A DNA stretch of 64,000 bases from an uncultured Thermodesulfobacteriota bacterium (GCA_964457755.1 CAYWGC010000002.1:80621-144620); one strand, 5' to 3'; counted from the first letter of the stretch, positions 39,643 through 49,250 are shown. Notes: generated by a model from the sequence alone, not told the origin. Translations and numbers: made by a program.

Positions 39643-40420
39643 TTACGAAAAGGTCCAGCCGCCATCAATACTTAAAGCTTGACCGGTAATACATTGGGCT
39701 GACGGCCCGGCGAGATATAGAGCCATGGCAGCTAGGTCTTCGGTTGTAACCAGCTTTTTTAAAGGCTGATTTTTTAAAAGTACCTGCTCTGGAACTTGTT
39801 CTTCGCTGATGCCGTGCTGTTTGGCGAGGTCTATGATCTGTTTTTCGACCAGAGGAGTAAGGACATAGCCGGGACAGATGGAGTTGGCAGTGATGTTCCA
39901 TTCAGCCAGTTCGCAAGCCATGACTTTGGTAAAACCAATAATTCCATGCTTTGCTGAAACATAAGCACATTTCCATGGTGATGGAGTTTTGCCATGGGCT
40001 GAAGATATATTGATGATACGTCCCCAGTTGCCTTTTTTCATGTGGGGGACACAGGCTTTAGTGCAGAGGAAGGTGCCAGTCAACATGACCGAAATCAACT
40101 GATTCCATTTTTCGAGCGGAAATTCTTCAACTTTGCTAATGAATTGGAGGCCGGCGTTATTGACTAGAATATCAACTGAATCGAAGCTTGCGACCGCTTG
40201 CTTGACCATCTCGTTGACACTTTGTTCATTGGCGACATCACAAGCAACCGCCAAAGCTTTACCATTTTGCTCTTTGATTTCGTCGGCACTTGTTTGCGCC
40301 GTAGCTTGGTTGAGGTCCGCGACCACAACCCGGGCTCCATTTTTAGCAAGGTGGGTTGCAATCGCTTTGCCGATACCGCTGCCTGCTCCTGTGATGATCG
40401 CTGTTCTGTTACTGAGCATG
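39643..40420 (-). CDS. bdhA: 3-hydroxybutyrate dehydrogenase (classical SDR)
   Basis: TGxxxGIG (…AIITGAGSGIGKAIA…), NNAG, and …SSAHG… plus the YxxxK region closely match BdhA. The ORF-track N-terminal extension (to 40575) lacks SDR homology, so the start was moved to MLSNR…. Confidence 0.85.
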
Positions 40421-40888
40421 ATTTGGTTTCCTTTGTTAGGATTGTTAGCTGGAAATGATTTTATGGGTTCACCTGTTTTATTAGATTTTAGTTTTGTCCG
40501 GTGGGGGGCCGCGTTTCCATCTGTTTGAGACTGTATTGACTGTTGTGGGGTGGATGAGTGGCATGTTTTTTTCACTTATTATCAATGTGTTTGTAATAAG
40601 GTATACTTTATATAGTTACAGCTATAGTAGGTTGTCGGTGTGAGTCTGATTATTTTAGTCAGCAAAAAACAGACCAGTTGTTAAGAGTGGTTGTGTCGAA
40701 GTTTTTGAAATGGATGATTGTTCTTATAAAACAGTAATTTAAACTTGTAATCAGTATTTATGACTGAACCATCATTGGTTATTAGATTGACGTAATTAAA
40801 TCATTCTAGTATGAATGTGTAGCATATCTTATACACTGTGGTTTTATGTGCTTTTGGATTTTTTGTTGTTGGGTCTAAAGAATGAGGT

Positions 40889-42364
40889 TTGTTTCTTGTT
40901 TTTCAATCTTTTTTCCTTGAACACCGATGTGATTTTAGGGCTTTTAAGTTATTTTGGAAAAGTGGGGGAGCAGTGTCAATAAAACTCTCAAGAGCAGAGC
41001 TTCTTTCATCTTTGGAACTTTGTCACCTGATTATTGATAATATTCATAATGGTGTTATTGTGACCGATGCTGATGGATATATAATTTTTTTCAATAAACT
41101 TTACGGTAGGTTTTTAGGCATTGATCCTGCAGCTCAAATCGGTAAACATACTACTGATGTTATCGAGAATACCCGGATGCATATAGTTGCCAAAACGGGC
41201 ATAATTGAGATTAATAATGCCCATCATTTGAAAAATCAGGATATGGTGGTCCATCGTATTCCGATTAAAAAAGATGGTAAGGTTGTTGCTGTTTACGGTC
41301 AGGTGATATTCAAAGATGTTGGTGATGTGAAGAAATTGGCAGGAGGTCTTTCTCTACTTGAAAGCAAAGTAAAGCTTTACGAAGAGGAGATTTTATCGTT
41401 ACGTTCGACCCGTTATACCTTTGATAGTATTATTGCTGAAAGTTTAGTAATGGGACAATTAAAAAGGGAGGCTTTGAAGGCGTCTGCAACATCTTTATCA
41501 GTTCTGATTACTGGGGAGTCGGGAACTGGTAAAGAGATGTTTGCTCAAGCTATTCACCATGCCAGTAATCGACGGATTCACCCTTTTGTTCGGATTAACT
41601 GTGCTTCTATCCCTCGAGAATTACTTGAAGCTGAGCTTTTTGGTTATGAAAAAGGGGCTTTTACCGGGGCGCTTACTTCCGGTAAGCCAGGTAAATTTGA
41701 ACTGGCTAATCAAGGTTCTATTTTTCTTGATGAAATTGGTGATATGCCGCTTGAAATGCAGCCCAAATTGTTGCGGGTTCTTGAAGAGAAAGAGTTTGAG
41801 CGGGTTGGAGGTATCTCGCCGGTTCGTTCAGATTTTCGGCTTATTGCTGCGACTAATCATCGTTTGATTGAAAAAGTGAAAAATGGTTCATTTCGGGCTG
41901 ATCTCTATTATCGAATCAAAGGTATTCCTCTTGTCATCCCACCATTGCGGGAGCGGCGTGAAGATATTATTTTTTTAGCCCGTGCTCTTTTGCAGGAAAT
42001 GATTCAAGATCTATTTAGACCTGAGATTACTTTTAGCTCTGAGGCGGCCAACGCTTTACTTCTTTATGATTGGCCTGGTAATGTGCGAGAGATGAGCAAT
42101 GTCTTGGGCCAGATTCTTGCTAGCATTGAACATGATGTTATTTCGCTGGCTGATATTCCTTTTTATATAAGGCAGCAGCAGGGGGTTACAGCAAGTCTCA
42201 GTTCGACTCAGAGTTTGGCTCAGATTTTGGCATCTACCGAGCTAAATACAATTCGTCAGGCCTTGGAACTGGCCCAGGGAAATAAAAGTAAAGCAGCTCG
42301 GCAGCTCGGCATCCATCGTACACTTCTCTATAAAAAAATGAAGCGTCATGGTCTGGAATGTTAA
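40889..42364 (+). CDS. Sigma-54-dependent transcriptional activator (PAS sensor + AAA+ sigma-54 interaction domain + Fis-type HTH)
   Basis: GESGTGKE Walker A, GAFTGA sigma-54 contact motif (…EKGAFTGAL…), C-terminal HTH (…AARQLGIHRTLLYKKMK…). The true start may lie downstream of 40889. Confidence 0.9.
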   Translation: MFLVFQSFFLEHRCDFRAFKLFWKSGGAVSIKLSRAELLSSLELCHLIIDNIHNGVIVTDADGYIIFFNKLYGRFLGIDPAAQIGKHTTDVIENTRMHIVAKTGIIEINNAHHLKNQDMVVHRIPIKKDGKVVAVYGQVIFKDVGDVKKLAGGLSLLESKVKLYEEEILSLRSTRYTFDSIIAESLVMGQLKREALKASATSLSVLITGESGTGKEMFAQAIHHASNRRIHPFVRINCASIPRELLEAELFGYEKGAFTGALTSGKPGKFELANQGSIFLDEIGDMPLEMQPKLLRVLEEKEFERVGGISPVRSDFRLIAATNHRLIEKVKNGSFRADLYYRIKGIPLVIPPLRERREDIIFLARALLQEMIQDLFRPEITFSSEAANALLLYDWPGNVREMSNVLGQILASIEHDVISLADIPFYIRQQQGVTASLSSTQSLAQILASTELNTIRQALELAQGNKSKAARQLGIHRTLLYKKMKRHGLEC

Positions 42365-42385
42365 GTTTGTAAAAAGTTAAGAGCG

Positions 42386-42449
42386 GAAAAACACTATGTA
42401 GCATAATGGCTATATAGGTGTAGTCATTATGCTACATAGTGTTTTTTTG
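42386..42449 (+). terminator. Rho-independent terminator: 22-bp perfect stem (AAAAACACTATGTAGCATAATG…CATTATGCTACATAGTGTTTTT) followed by a T-run, after the sigma-54 activator gene
   Basis: Read directly from the sequence. Confidence 0.8.
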
Positions 42450-42510
42450 TAAACGCTTGTAATGAGATGATTTCTAGTTTTGTTAATATAATCCATTTTT
42501 TTGGAGTTTT

Positions 42511-43071
42511 TTGATGGATTTTTTGAGTACTGACATAGGTGGAGCCTGTTTGATCAAGCCTGATATCTTTCGTGACAGGCGTGGTTTTTTTATGGAGACC
42601 TTTAACCAAGGTAAGTACGCTGATGGAGGGGTGCCTTACAGTTTTGTTCAGGACAATATGTCCTTTTCTGAAAGGGGGACGGTGCGCGGTCTTCACTATC
42701 AGCTTAAACAGCCGCAAGGGAAATTGGTCTTTGTCTTGAAGGGGGAGATTTTTGATGTTGCCGTTGATATCCGGCGAGGTTCACCGAGTTTTGGCTGCTG
42801 GATCGGTTATGATCTTTCTGAGAGTAACCGGCACCAACTTTTTGTGCCTCCCGGTCTGGCCCATGGTTTTATGGTGTTGAGCGAGACTGCGGAAGTCTAT
42901 TACAAATGCACTGACCTCTATTCCCATGGAGATGAGTACGGGTTGCTCTGGAATGATCCTGAAATCGGGATAGAGTGGCCCGGTCAAGAGGTTATCCTTT
43001 CGCAAAAGGATACCTCTCTACCGATCTTGGCCACAATCAACAAAGAACATCTGCCGGTCTGGCAGGGGTAG
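42511..43071 (+). CDS. rfbC: dTDP-4-dehydrorhamnose 3,5-epimerase
   Basis: Cupin-fold RmlC motifs (…FMETFNQ…, …RGLHYQ…, …LFVPPGLAHGF…). Confidence 0.9.
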   Translation: MMDFLSTDIGGACLIKPDIFRDRRGFFMETFNQGKYADGGVPYSFVQDNMSFSERGTVRGLHYQLKQPQGKLVFVLKGEIFDVAVDIRRGSPSFGCWIGYDLSESNRHQLFVPPGLAHGFMVLSETAEVYYKCTDLYSHGDEYGLLWNDPEIGIEWPGQEVILSQKDTSLPILATINKEHLPVWQG

Positions 43072-43190
43072 TATTTTAACCACAAAAGGGCACGAAAAAT
43101 CACGAATTTTTTTTGTGTATGTTCGTGGCTAAAAATTAATGTCGGAACTATTTGGATAGATTGTTTAGTAACGGCTGTTCCGAATTAGAA

Positions 43191-44588
43191 CTATTCAAGT
43201 TTATAGCCCGCGGCTTTCCAGGTGCTCATGCCGCCGATGACGCTGTAGACATTTTTATAGCCCCGCTGCTTAAGGATTGAAGCCGCAATATTAGAACGAT
43301 AACCGGACATGCAGATAACACTGATGTGTTGTTCCTGGTCGCGATTGAAGTCCTGGTTAATTAGTTCCGGCAGGGGCAGGTGCTCGGCATTCTCAATATG
43401 ACCACTAAGCCACTCTGATTCATTACGGACATCGAGAACCATGTGGTTGCTGTATTTATCGAGGACATGGTGCAGAGAGTGAACCGTTATCTGGGGTAGA
43501 AAACCGGTCTCTTCGGCGGCCAGAATCCAGCCGCTTAAGCCGATAATATAGCCGTTAATGTTGTCGTAACCAACGCGGCGGAACATGGTTGTGGCGTTCT
43601 CTATATCTTCATGGTTGTTGGCCAGAAGTAGAAGCTCACTCTCCGGTTTGACTACATTCCCTATCCAAGTGGCGGAGTTGGGTGACATGCCGATATTAAA
43701 ACTGCCGGGAATATGGGCTCCGCCGAAGGCAGTTGCCTCCCTTAAGTCAATGAGTATATGGTTTTCCGGGTCTTCAGCCAGAAAATTTTTGCAGGTCAAA
43801 GGTTTGTAGTCACTGATTTTGGGCAGGTCTTTTGTGAGGGGCTGCCCTTTAAGGTTGGTGTCGATGATATGGGTGAAATTTATGGGGCGATGGGGAGTGT
43901 TCTGGCTGAGCTGGGTTCTGAAATCTTCAAAGTTGAGCTCCATGAAAGGGTTGGTACGCCTTTCAAAGCCTAAGGTTGACGAAGGCTTTGCACTGATTCC
44001 AGCACCACAGAGGGAACCAGCTCCGTGGGCAGGGTAGATTTCGACATAATCAGGAAACTCATCCAGTTTTACCCGGAGACTGTGATAGGCATTTCTGACT
44101 TGTTCTTCCAAAAGTTCTCCACCGGCCAGATCGGGGCGGCCGATACTGCCGACAAAGAGCAGGTCGCCAGTTAAGAGCATTTCGACAATATCGCCGCGTG
44201 CCAGATCTGAGATCGCTAAAGATATTGAATTTGGGGTATGTCCCGGAGTTGTGACAACCCTGATTTTGGCATTACCGAGAGTCATTTCATCGCCGTCATT
44301 TAGAGGCAGATGGTCATAGTTAACCGGAGAACCTGCCCCGATATGGATCGCTGCACCGGTTTGGTGACTAAGTTCGGCCGCACCTGATATATGGTCAGCA
44401 TGGACATGGGTCTCGATGATAGCCGTGATTTTTAACTTGTTGATCTGGGCGGCTTTCAGATAGTCGTCAATATCACGTTTTGGGTCAACCACAACGGCAC
44501 GACCATCTTGCGGGCAACCGATCAAGTATGATAGACAGCCGAGTCCTTCGACTTTAAATTGTTGAAAAAGCATTTTCGCCTCCTGCAA
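43191..44588 (-). CDS. MBL-fold metallo-hydrolase fused to two rhodanese domains (persulfide dioxygenase/CstB- or Blh-like sulfur-transfer protein)
   Basis: HxHxDH motif (…ETHVHADHISG…) in the N-terminal beta-lactamase fold; C-terminal rhodanese active-site Cys loops (…LICMSGYRS…). Confidence 0.75.
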   Translation of the reverse strand: MQEAKMLFQQFKVEGLGCLSYLIGCPQDGRAVVVDPKRDIDDYLKAAQINKLKITAIIETHVHADHISGAAELSHQTGAAIHIGAGSPVNYDHLPLNDGDEMTLGNAKIRVVTTPGHTPNSISLAISDLARGDIVEMLLTGDLLFVGSIGRPDLAGGELLEEQVRNAYHSLRVKLDEFPDYVEIYPAHGAGSLCGAGISAKPSSTLGFERRTNPFMELNFEDFRTQLSQNTPHRPINFTHIIDTNLKGQPLTKDLPKISDYKPLTCKNFLAEDPENHILIDLREATAFGGAHIPGSFNIGMSPNSATWIGNVVKPESELLLLANNHEDIENATTMFRRVGYDNINGYIIGLSGWILAAEETGFLPQITVHSLHHVLDKYSNHMVLDVRNESEWLSGHIENAEHLPLPELINQDFNRDQEQHISVICMSGYRSNIAASILKQRGYKNVYSVIGGMSTWKAAGYKLE

Positions 44589-44720
44589 GTATTTAGATTT
44601 TTTAAAATACTAATCTTATTAAGTTTGATTTGATTGGATAGTATGTTAAAAAAGATGAGCTGTCAAGGTCTTTTACCGAACTATTTCTTGTAATTATATC
44701 AATTAATCAGGGAGCGATCG

Positions 44721-45677
44721 ATGTCGGTGAGTGGTCATGAAAATTGTTTTGTCTGTCAAGATGGATTTTGTTTATCAGATATAGATGATTGTCAGTTGGG
44801 GGTCGAGGCGAAGATGGTTTTTGGTTTCGACCATGAAGGGTGGCAGGGCATCCCTCATGGCGGCGTTGCCATGACGGCTCTTCTCGATTTGGCAGATCAT
44901 TGCTGGTTACGGCAAAAAGGTGTGAACCTGGTCTACCCCTTAGAAATTGACTGGCGTTTTGCTGACAGCGTTATTATTGGCAATGAGATGAATTTAAAGG
45001 CGCTTGTTAAAGACGAAAACAGCCTGCTTTTATCGATGCGGCGCCAGGGGAGTGATAAAATATATCTGAGTGCTGAAGTCAAAATGGGCACGGAAGCCGC
45101 AGGGGTTGACTATCCTCTTTTAGACCCGGAAATACTAATGGAAAACCGGGCCCGGCATCAGGCTTTGGACGTTTACGAAAATTGTTTTGTCTGTGGTTTG
45201 AAAAGGCAAAAACCGGGTTTGCAACGCCGCTTTTTTAGAAAGATGGAGATCTCTGGTGAACAATCGGCTGTGATTGTGCGTTTTGGCGGCGTAGCCGATT
45301 CGCAACTGATTGATTCGTTTCAACAGACTCGGGGAATTTTGCATCCCGGTGTCTTAGCGGCTCTTTTGGATGAACTTTGTGGCTGGAGTGGGATTCTGGC
45401 CGAAGACCTATATGGCTATACGGTGCGTTTTAAATTACAGATTAACCGTTTGCCTGCTCTTGGTGAAGAGCTTTTCGGGATGGCACCAACTCCTTCAGTA
45501 CGGGGGCGTGGCGCTCGAAAATTCTACCATCCTCAAGGTGCTCTATATCATAAAAAAGCCGATGGCACTCTGGAGATTATTGTGGTCGCCAGGGGTCAGT
45601 GGATGGCCCGGGAAGAGTTACGGCAGCAGTTTGATGAGACTCATGTCGAAGAGGATCTTTCAGAGGTTGTATTTTGA
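44721..45677 (+). CDS. Hypothetical tandem hotdog-fold (PaaI/YbgC-like thioesterase-like) protein with an internal duplication
   Basis: Two halves each beginning with …ENCFVC… and containing …HGG/HPGV…LLD-type hotdog motifs. Confidence 0.45.
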   Translation: MSVSGHENCFVCQDGFCLSDIDDCQLGVEAKMVFGFDHEGWQGIPHGGVAMTALLDLADHCWLRQKGVNLVYPLEIDWRFADSVIIGNEMNLKALVKDENSLLLSMRRQGSDKIYLSAEVKMGTEAAGVDYPLLDPEILMENRARHQALDVYENCFVCGLKRQKPGLQRRFFRKMEISGEQSAVIVRFGGVADSQLIDSFQQTRGILHPGVLAALLDELCGWSGILAEDLYGYTVRFKLQINRLPALGEELFGMAPTPSVRGRGARKFYHPQGALYHKKADGTLEIIVVARGQWMAREELRQQFDETHVEEDLSEVVF

Positions 45678-45799
45678 GCCTGATATAGACAAAAGGCACA
45701 AAAAAACCGTCTCGCTGTTGGTTCAGGATACTAAAGGGTTAAAATTTGTAACTATTCAGCCAACCTACCGTAAAGTTGGGCTTCAGACTGCCTCGATGC

Positions 45800-45956
45800 G
45801 GGGATACCCCAAGGGCACTTCCTCACTTCGTTCGGGCGCAGCCTCCAGACCGGGCTTTCACCCTAAAGGGCACAAGAGCCCGTGGCGGGCTGAGCCGCGC
45901 TGTGAGCGAAGCGAGGAAGTACTCTTGGGGTGTGTCCCCCTCGAAGTGGGCGAAGC
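45800..45956. repeat. Two inverted copies of the ~45-bp dispersed repeat unit (arms 45800-45843 and 45904-45956) separated by ~60 bp; a hairpin-capable MITE/REP-like element
   Basis: The arms are reverse complements of each other, and both match the unit at 24921-24965. Confidence 0.7.
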
Positions 45957-46014
45957 AAAATTCGACGCCTTTTTTAGTAGCTTTATGCGAAGACTGAATA
46001 GTTACATTGTTTTT

Positions 46015-46503
46015 TTAGTTCTCTTTTTTAAAACTTTTAGAGGCAAGGTCAATGTCTTCGGGGCAGAAGATGAAGAGGGTTTTACCTTCGGATGGTGATA
46101 CCGAACCATAGACATAACTGATGTTGATGCCAGCATCGCCGATCTTTTTGGCCGTGGCTGCCAGGGTGCCGGGTTCGTTGTCAAGTTCGATGGCCATGAC
46201 CGGGGTGATTTCGTAGAGGTAGTCAGCATTAGCAAGCAGATCTAAGGTTTTATCGGTATCGTTTGTCAATAGACGAACCAGAGCAAATTGCGCTGACTCT
46301 TTCTGGATCATGCTGTAACTTGCAGCTGTAGCATGGCGTTTTAGAGCTTTGCCACGTGCTTTGAAAAGTTCCTCGACGTAGCTGGTGGCATCTTGGATAG
46401 TGATGGCATCGATGTTGATATTGTTCTCTGAAAACATTAAAGTGAGTTTGGCCAACTCGCCGGGAACATTTTTAAGAAAAAGGGTTATTTCGGTACGAAC
46501 CAT
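46015..46503 (-). CDS. ACT-domain protein (two tandem ACT domains)
   Basis: Two ~70-aa ACT-like beta-alpha-beta-beta-alpha-beta repeats (…LKNVPGELAKLT…NNINIDAITI…; …LDNEPGTLAATAKKIGDAGINISYVY…). Confidence 0.65.
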   Translation of the reverse strand: MVRTEITLFLKNVPGELAKLTLMFSENNINIDAITIQDATSYVEELFKARGKALKRHATAASYSMIQKESAQFALVRLLTNDTDKTLDLLANADYLYEITPVMAIELDNEPGTLAATAKKIGDAGINISYVYGSVSPSEGKTLFIFCPEDIDLASKSFKKEN

Positions 46504-46607
46504 GATTTTCTCCTGGTTGAAGTATTGTAAGAATCAATTATATTGAAAAATCAGATTACAGGATATTATGATTGTCCATCGCTTGTCAAGAACTTAGACT
46601 ATTATAT

Positions 46608-46647
46608 CACAAAAAGGCCATCGTAAAAGATATTTTACGATGGCCTT
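46608..46647 (-). terminator. Rho-independent terminator (stem AAGGCCATCGTAAAA / TTTTACGATGGCCTT, U-run on the minus strand) downstream of the RR-PP2C gene
   Basis: Read directly from the sequence. Confidence 0.7.
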
Positions 46648-46700
46648 GATATTTATTGAACTCAGTTATTATTTGATTTCAATTTATTTTTACGCCGCCA

Positions 46701-47897
46701 TCAAGGTTTGATCTCGAGGGCCAGTATAGAAACATCATCGCCACAGCCTAATCCTACAGTCCAGAGGTCAACCTCTTTAGTGATTATCTCGAGACTTTCA
46801 TTGAGAGAGAAAGATCTCGAGTTGTTAAGTTTTTCGGTTAGGCGCTCAACCCCGTATTGTTCTCTCTTTGGGTCCATCGCTTCGATAATACCGTCCGAAT
46901 AGAAATAGAGTCGGTCTCCCGGTTGTAAATCGAGGGTCTGTTCTTTGTAGACTTTGCCGACGCCAACCATAAAGCCGATCGGCATGCTGCGCACCTGAAT
47001 CGCCTGGCTGCTGCCATCGACTTTGACATGGATCATCGGCGGGTGACCTGCCGAAATGAAGGTCAATGTTCCCGATTTAACATTTAATTGGCCGTATTGG
47101 ATGGTGAAGTACTGTTCTGTGCTGCTGTCTAAGGGGAAGCGTTGATTGAGGCGGTCGGCAACCTCTTCGGGGCGGACAAGATGGTATCTCTGGGTGCCGG
47201 GGATCTGTTCTTTCAAGAGATCAGATTGTCCCGGGTTGGGATTGATAATCCGGGAGAGGTTGACTGAGAGCAGGGCCGCGGGTACCCCATGACCACTGAC
47301 ATCAAGCAGATAGAGGCCAATATGATCCTCATCTAGATGAAACAGATTTAAAGTGTCACCGGCAAGTTCGTCGCAAGGGACATACTTCCAGGCAAAATTA
47401 ACGGTTTCGCATTCCGGTAATTTAGTGGGCAGCAGAGATTGCTGGATTTTGGCGGCCGCTTCAAGATCCCGGCGCATACGTTCGTTGATTTTTTCCAGTT
47501 CCTGGTTGCGTTGGGCTAGATCTCGTTCAAGGTCGGTTATGCGAAGGCCAACCTTGAGTCGGGCCAGAAGTTCGTCTTTGTCAAAGGGTTTTGTGATAAA
47601 ATCGTCAGCTCCCGAATCCATGCCCGCCAGGATATCCTCTTTTTCGGTGCGGGCTGTCAATAATATGGTGTAGACATAGCCGGGTCGTTCACTTGAGCGG
47701 ATGCGCCGTAAGAGCTCAAGGCCATCCATCTCCGGCATCATCCAGTCGCTGATGACCATCGGAAAATGCTCTTTCTGGAAAAGTTCCCAAGCCTCTTTGC
47801 CATTTTCGGCAGAGGTAACTTCATAGCCCCACTTTTTCAGGCGACTTTCCAAAAGGCGTCGTGACACCCTCTCATCTTCAGCAATCAGAATTTTCAT
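46701..47897 (-). CDS. Response regulator receiver fused to a PP2C/SpoIIE-type serine phosphatase (RsbU-like)
   Basis: REC domain (MKILIAEDERVSRRLL…DWMMPEMDG…) and a PP2C domain (…DVSGHGVPAALLS…, …LYFYSDG…). Confidence 0.85.
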   Translation of the reverse strand: MKILIAEDERVSRRLLESRLKKWGYEVTSAENGKEAWELFQKEHFPMVISDWMMPEMDGLELLRRIRSSERPGYVYTILLTARTEKEDILAGMDSGADDFITKPFDKDELLARLKVGLRITDLERDLAQRNQELEKINERMRRDLEAAAKIQQSLLPTKLPECETVNFAWKYVPCDELAGDTLNLFHLDEDHIGLYLLDVSGHGVPAALLSVNLSRIINPNPGQSDLLKEQIPGTQRYHLVRPEEVADRLNQRFPLDSSTEQYFTIQYGQLNVKSGTLTFISAGHPPMIHVKVDGSSQAIQVRSMPIGFMVGVGKVYKEQTLDLQPGDRLYFYSDGIIEAMDPKREQYGVERLTEKLNNSRSFSLNESLEIITKEVDLWTVGLGCGDDVSILALEIKP

Positions 47898-47908
47898 TTT
47901 TTCCTGTG

Positions 47909-49249
47909 TTAAAAGTAATAACGGCCCATGGGGGTTAATTCAAATTCGTTTACAGTCAGGTATTCCTGTTCTCTGCGGTTGATAAATTTTATGGTTTTTC
48001 CTTTAAAATTTAGACGTCCTTCTTTGAGTAGTCGATAACCTTCATTGCGGCAGCGTTGGCAGGCATCGATCGGGATTTCAATACCCATGCAGGATGAGTT
48101 GCGTTGTGTTTTGGAAGTCAGATGGCGCACTCCGGAGCAACTTGTGCAGACCATTATCTGTTCAAGTTGCTGGTCGCTGATACCGTCGGTATCGTAATAG
48201 ACCGCTTTGGAACGGGTGTCGTATTGGTTTGGTTTGACATTTAAAGGGGGAGGTTTAAGATAGTTCTGCATGGTTTGCGCGCAAAGTTTTTTGATGTACT
48301 CGGTGATTTGAGGGCTTTGGCGCAGGCTTTCAGGATCATAGTCCGGTTCACGTACCTGACTGTAGTCAAGACCGGCCATCGCCAGCACAATCCCGAGGTT
48401 GACATAGGGCAGAGCTCCCTGAATTGAGTAGCCCCCCTCTAAAACGGCAATATCCGGGTTGAGTTTTTCATTGAGGCGGGCGTAGCCCTGGGCCGAAAAG
48501 TTCATATTAGTGATGGGGTCGCCATAATGGTTGTCCTGGCCCGCCGAGTTAATGATCAGATCAGGTTTAAAATCATCAAGAATCGGCTGCACCAGATTAT
48601 CTATGACATGAAGAAAACCTTCATCTGAGGTGTTGGGGGGCAGGGGGATATTGATAGTTCGACCTCGGGCTGTCGGGCCGCCAAGTTCATCACTGAAACC
48701 GGTGCCAGGATAGAGGGTGCGGCCATCCTGGTGCAGGGATATAAAGAGAATATTGGGATCGTGCCAATAGATATCCTGGGTGCCGTCGCCGTGGTGGCAG
48801 TCGGTGTCAACGATGGCGATTTTTTTATTGCCGTAGTTCTCACGAATAAATTCTATCAAGATAGCTTCATTGTTGATATTACAAAACCCCCGATTGCCGT
48901 GAACCACCTTCATGGCGTGGTGGCCGGGAGGGCGAACTAAGGCAAAGGCTTTGTCGACCTGTTTTTCCATGACCAGGCGGGCTGCTTTAATGGCTCCGCC
49001 GGCGGCAACCAAGTGGGATTCGGTACTGACCTCCTGGGGGCCGGGAAAACAGAAGTGAGTTCTTTCGATATCGGCATAGGTGGCAATTTCGGGTTTATAT
49101 TCAGTGATATTTGGAAGATCAAAAACCCCCTCTTCTCGAAGTTGATCCTGAGTATAGAGAAGACGTTCTTCACGTTCCGGGTGGGTCGGACTGATGGCCC
49201 AGTCATAAGCCGGGAAAAAGATGACGCCAAGATGGGTAGAGGTTTTCAT
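47909..49249 (-). CDS. Histone deacetylase-family (arginase/deacetylase fold; AcuC/acetoin-utilisation-like) protein with a C-terminal Cys-rich zinc-ribbon extension
   Basis: HDAC motifs (…RPPGHHA…, …DCHHGDGTQDI…, …GGY…) and a C-terminal CTSCSG…CQRC. Start moved to the internal ATG that abuts the upstream gene's stop. Confidence 0.75.
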   Translation of the reverse strand: MKTSTHLGVIFFPAYDWAISPTHPEREERLLYTQDQLREEGVFDLPNITEYKPEIATYADIERTHFCFPGPQEVSTESHLVAAGGAIKAARLVMEKQVDKAFALVRPPGHHAMKVVHGNRGFCNINNEAILIEFIRENYGNKKIAIVDTDCHHGDGTQDIYWHDPNILFISLHQDGRTLYPGTGFSDELGGPTARGRTINIPLPPNTSDEGFLHVIDNLVQPILDDFKPDLIINSAGQDNHYGDPITNMNFSAQGYARLNEKLNPDIAVLEGGYSIQGALPYVNLGIVLAMAGLDYSQVREPDYDPESLRQSPQITEYIKKLCAQTMQNYLKPPPLNVKPNQYDTRSKAVYYDTDGISDQQLEQIMVCTSCSGVRHLTSKTQRNSSCMGIEIPIDACQRCRNEGYRLLKEGRLNFKGKTIKFINRREQEYLTVNEFELTPMGRYYF

Positions 49250-49250
49250 A

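Noticed and set aside
40583-40600. TGGCATGTTTTTTTCA resembling a sigma-54 -24/-12 promoter upstream of the sigma-54 activator/bdhA divergent region
   Set aside because: The -12 element is TC and not the GC of the TGGCAC-N5-TTGCW consensus, and it is oriented toward the activator gene and not the catabolic operon. Too weak to call without a PWM score.
45370-46098. 242-aa + strand ORF (and nested 45776-45997 ORF) spanning the hotdog/ACT intergenic region
   Set aside because: It runs through the dispersed inverted-repeat element and antisense into the ACT gene. The translation is low-complexity/Arg-Gly-rich and has no start context, so it is a repeat-generated spurious ORF.
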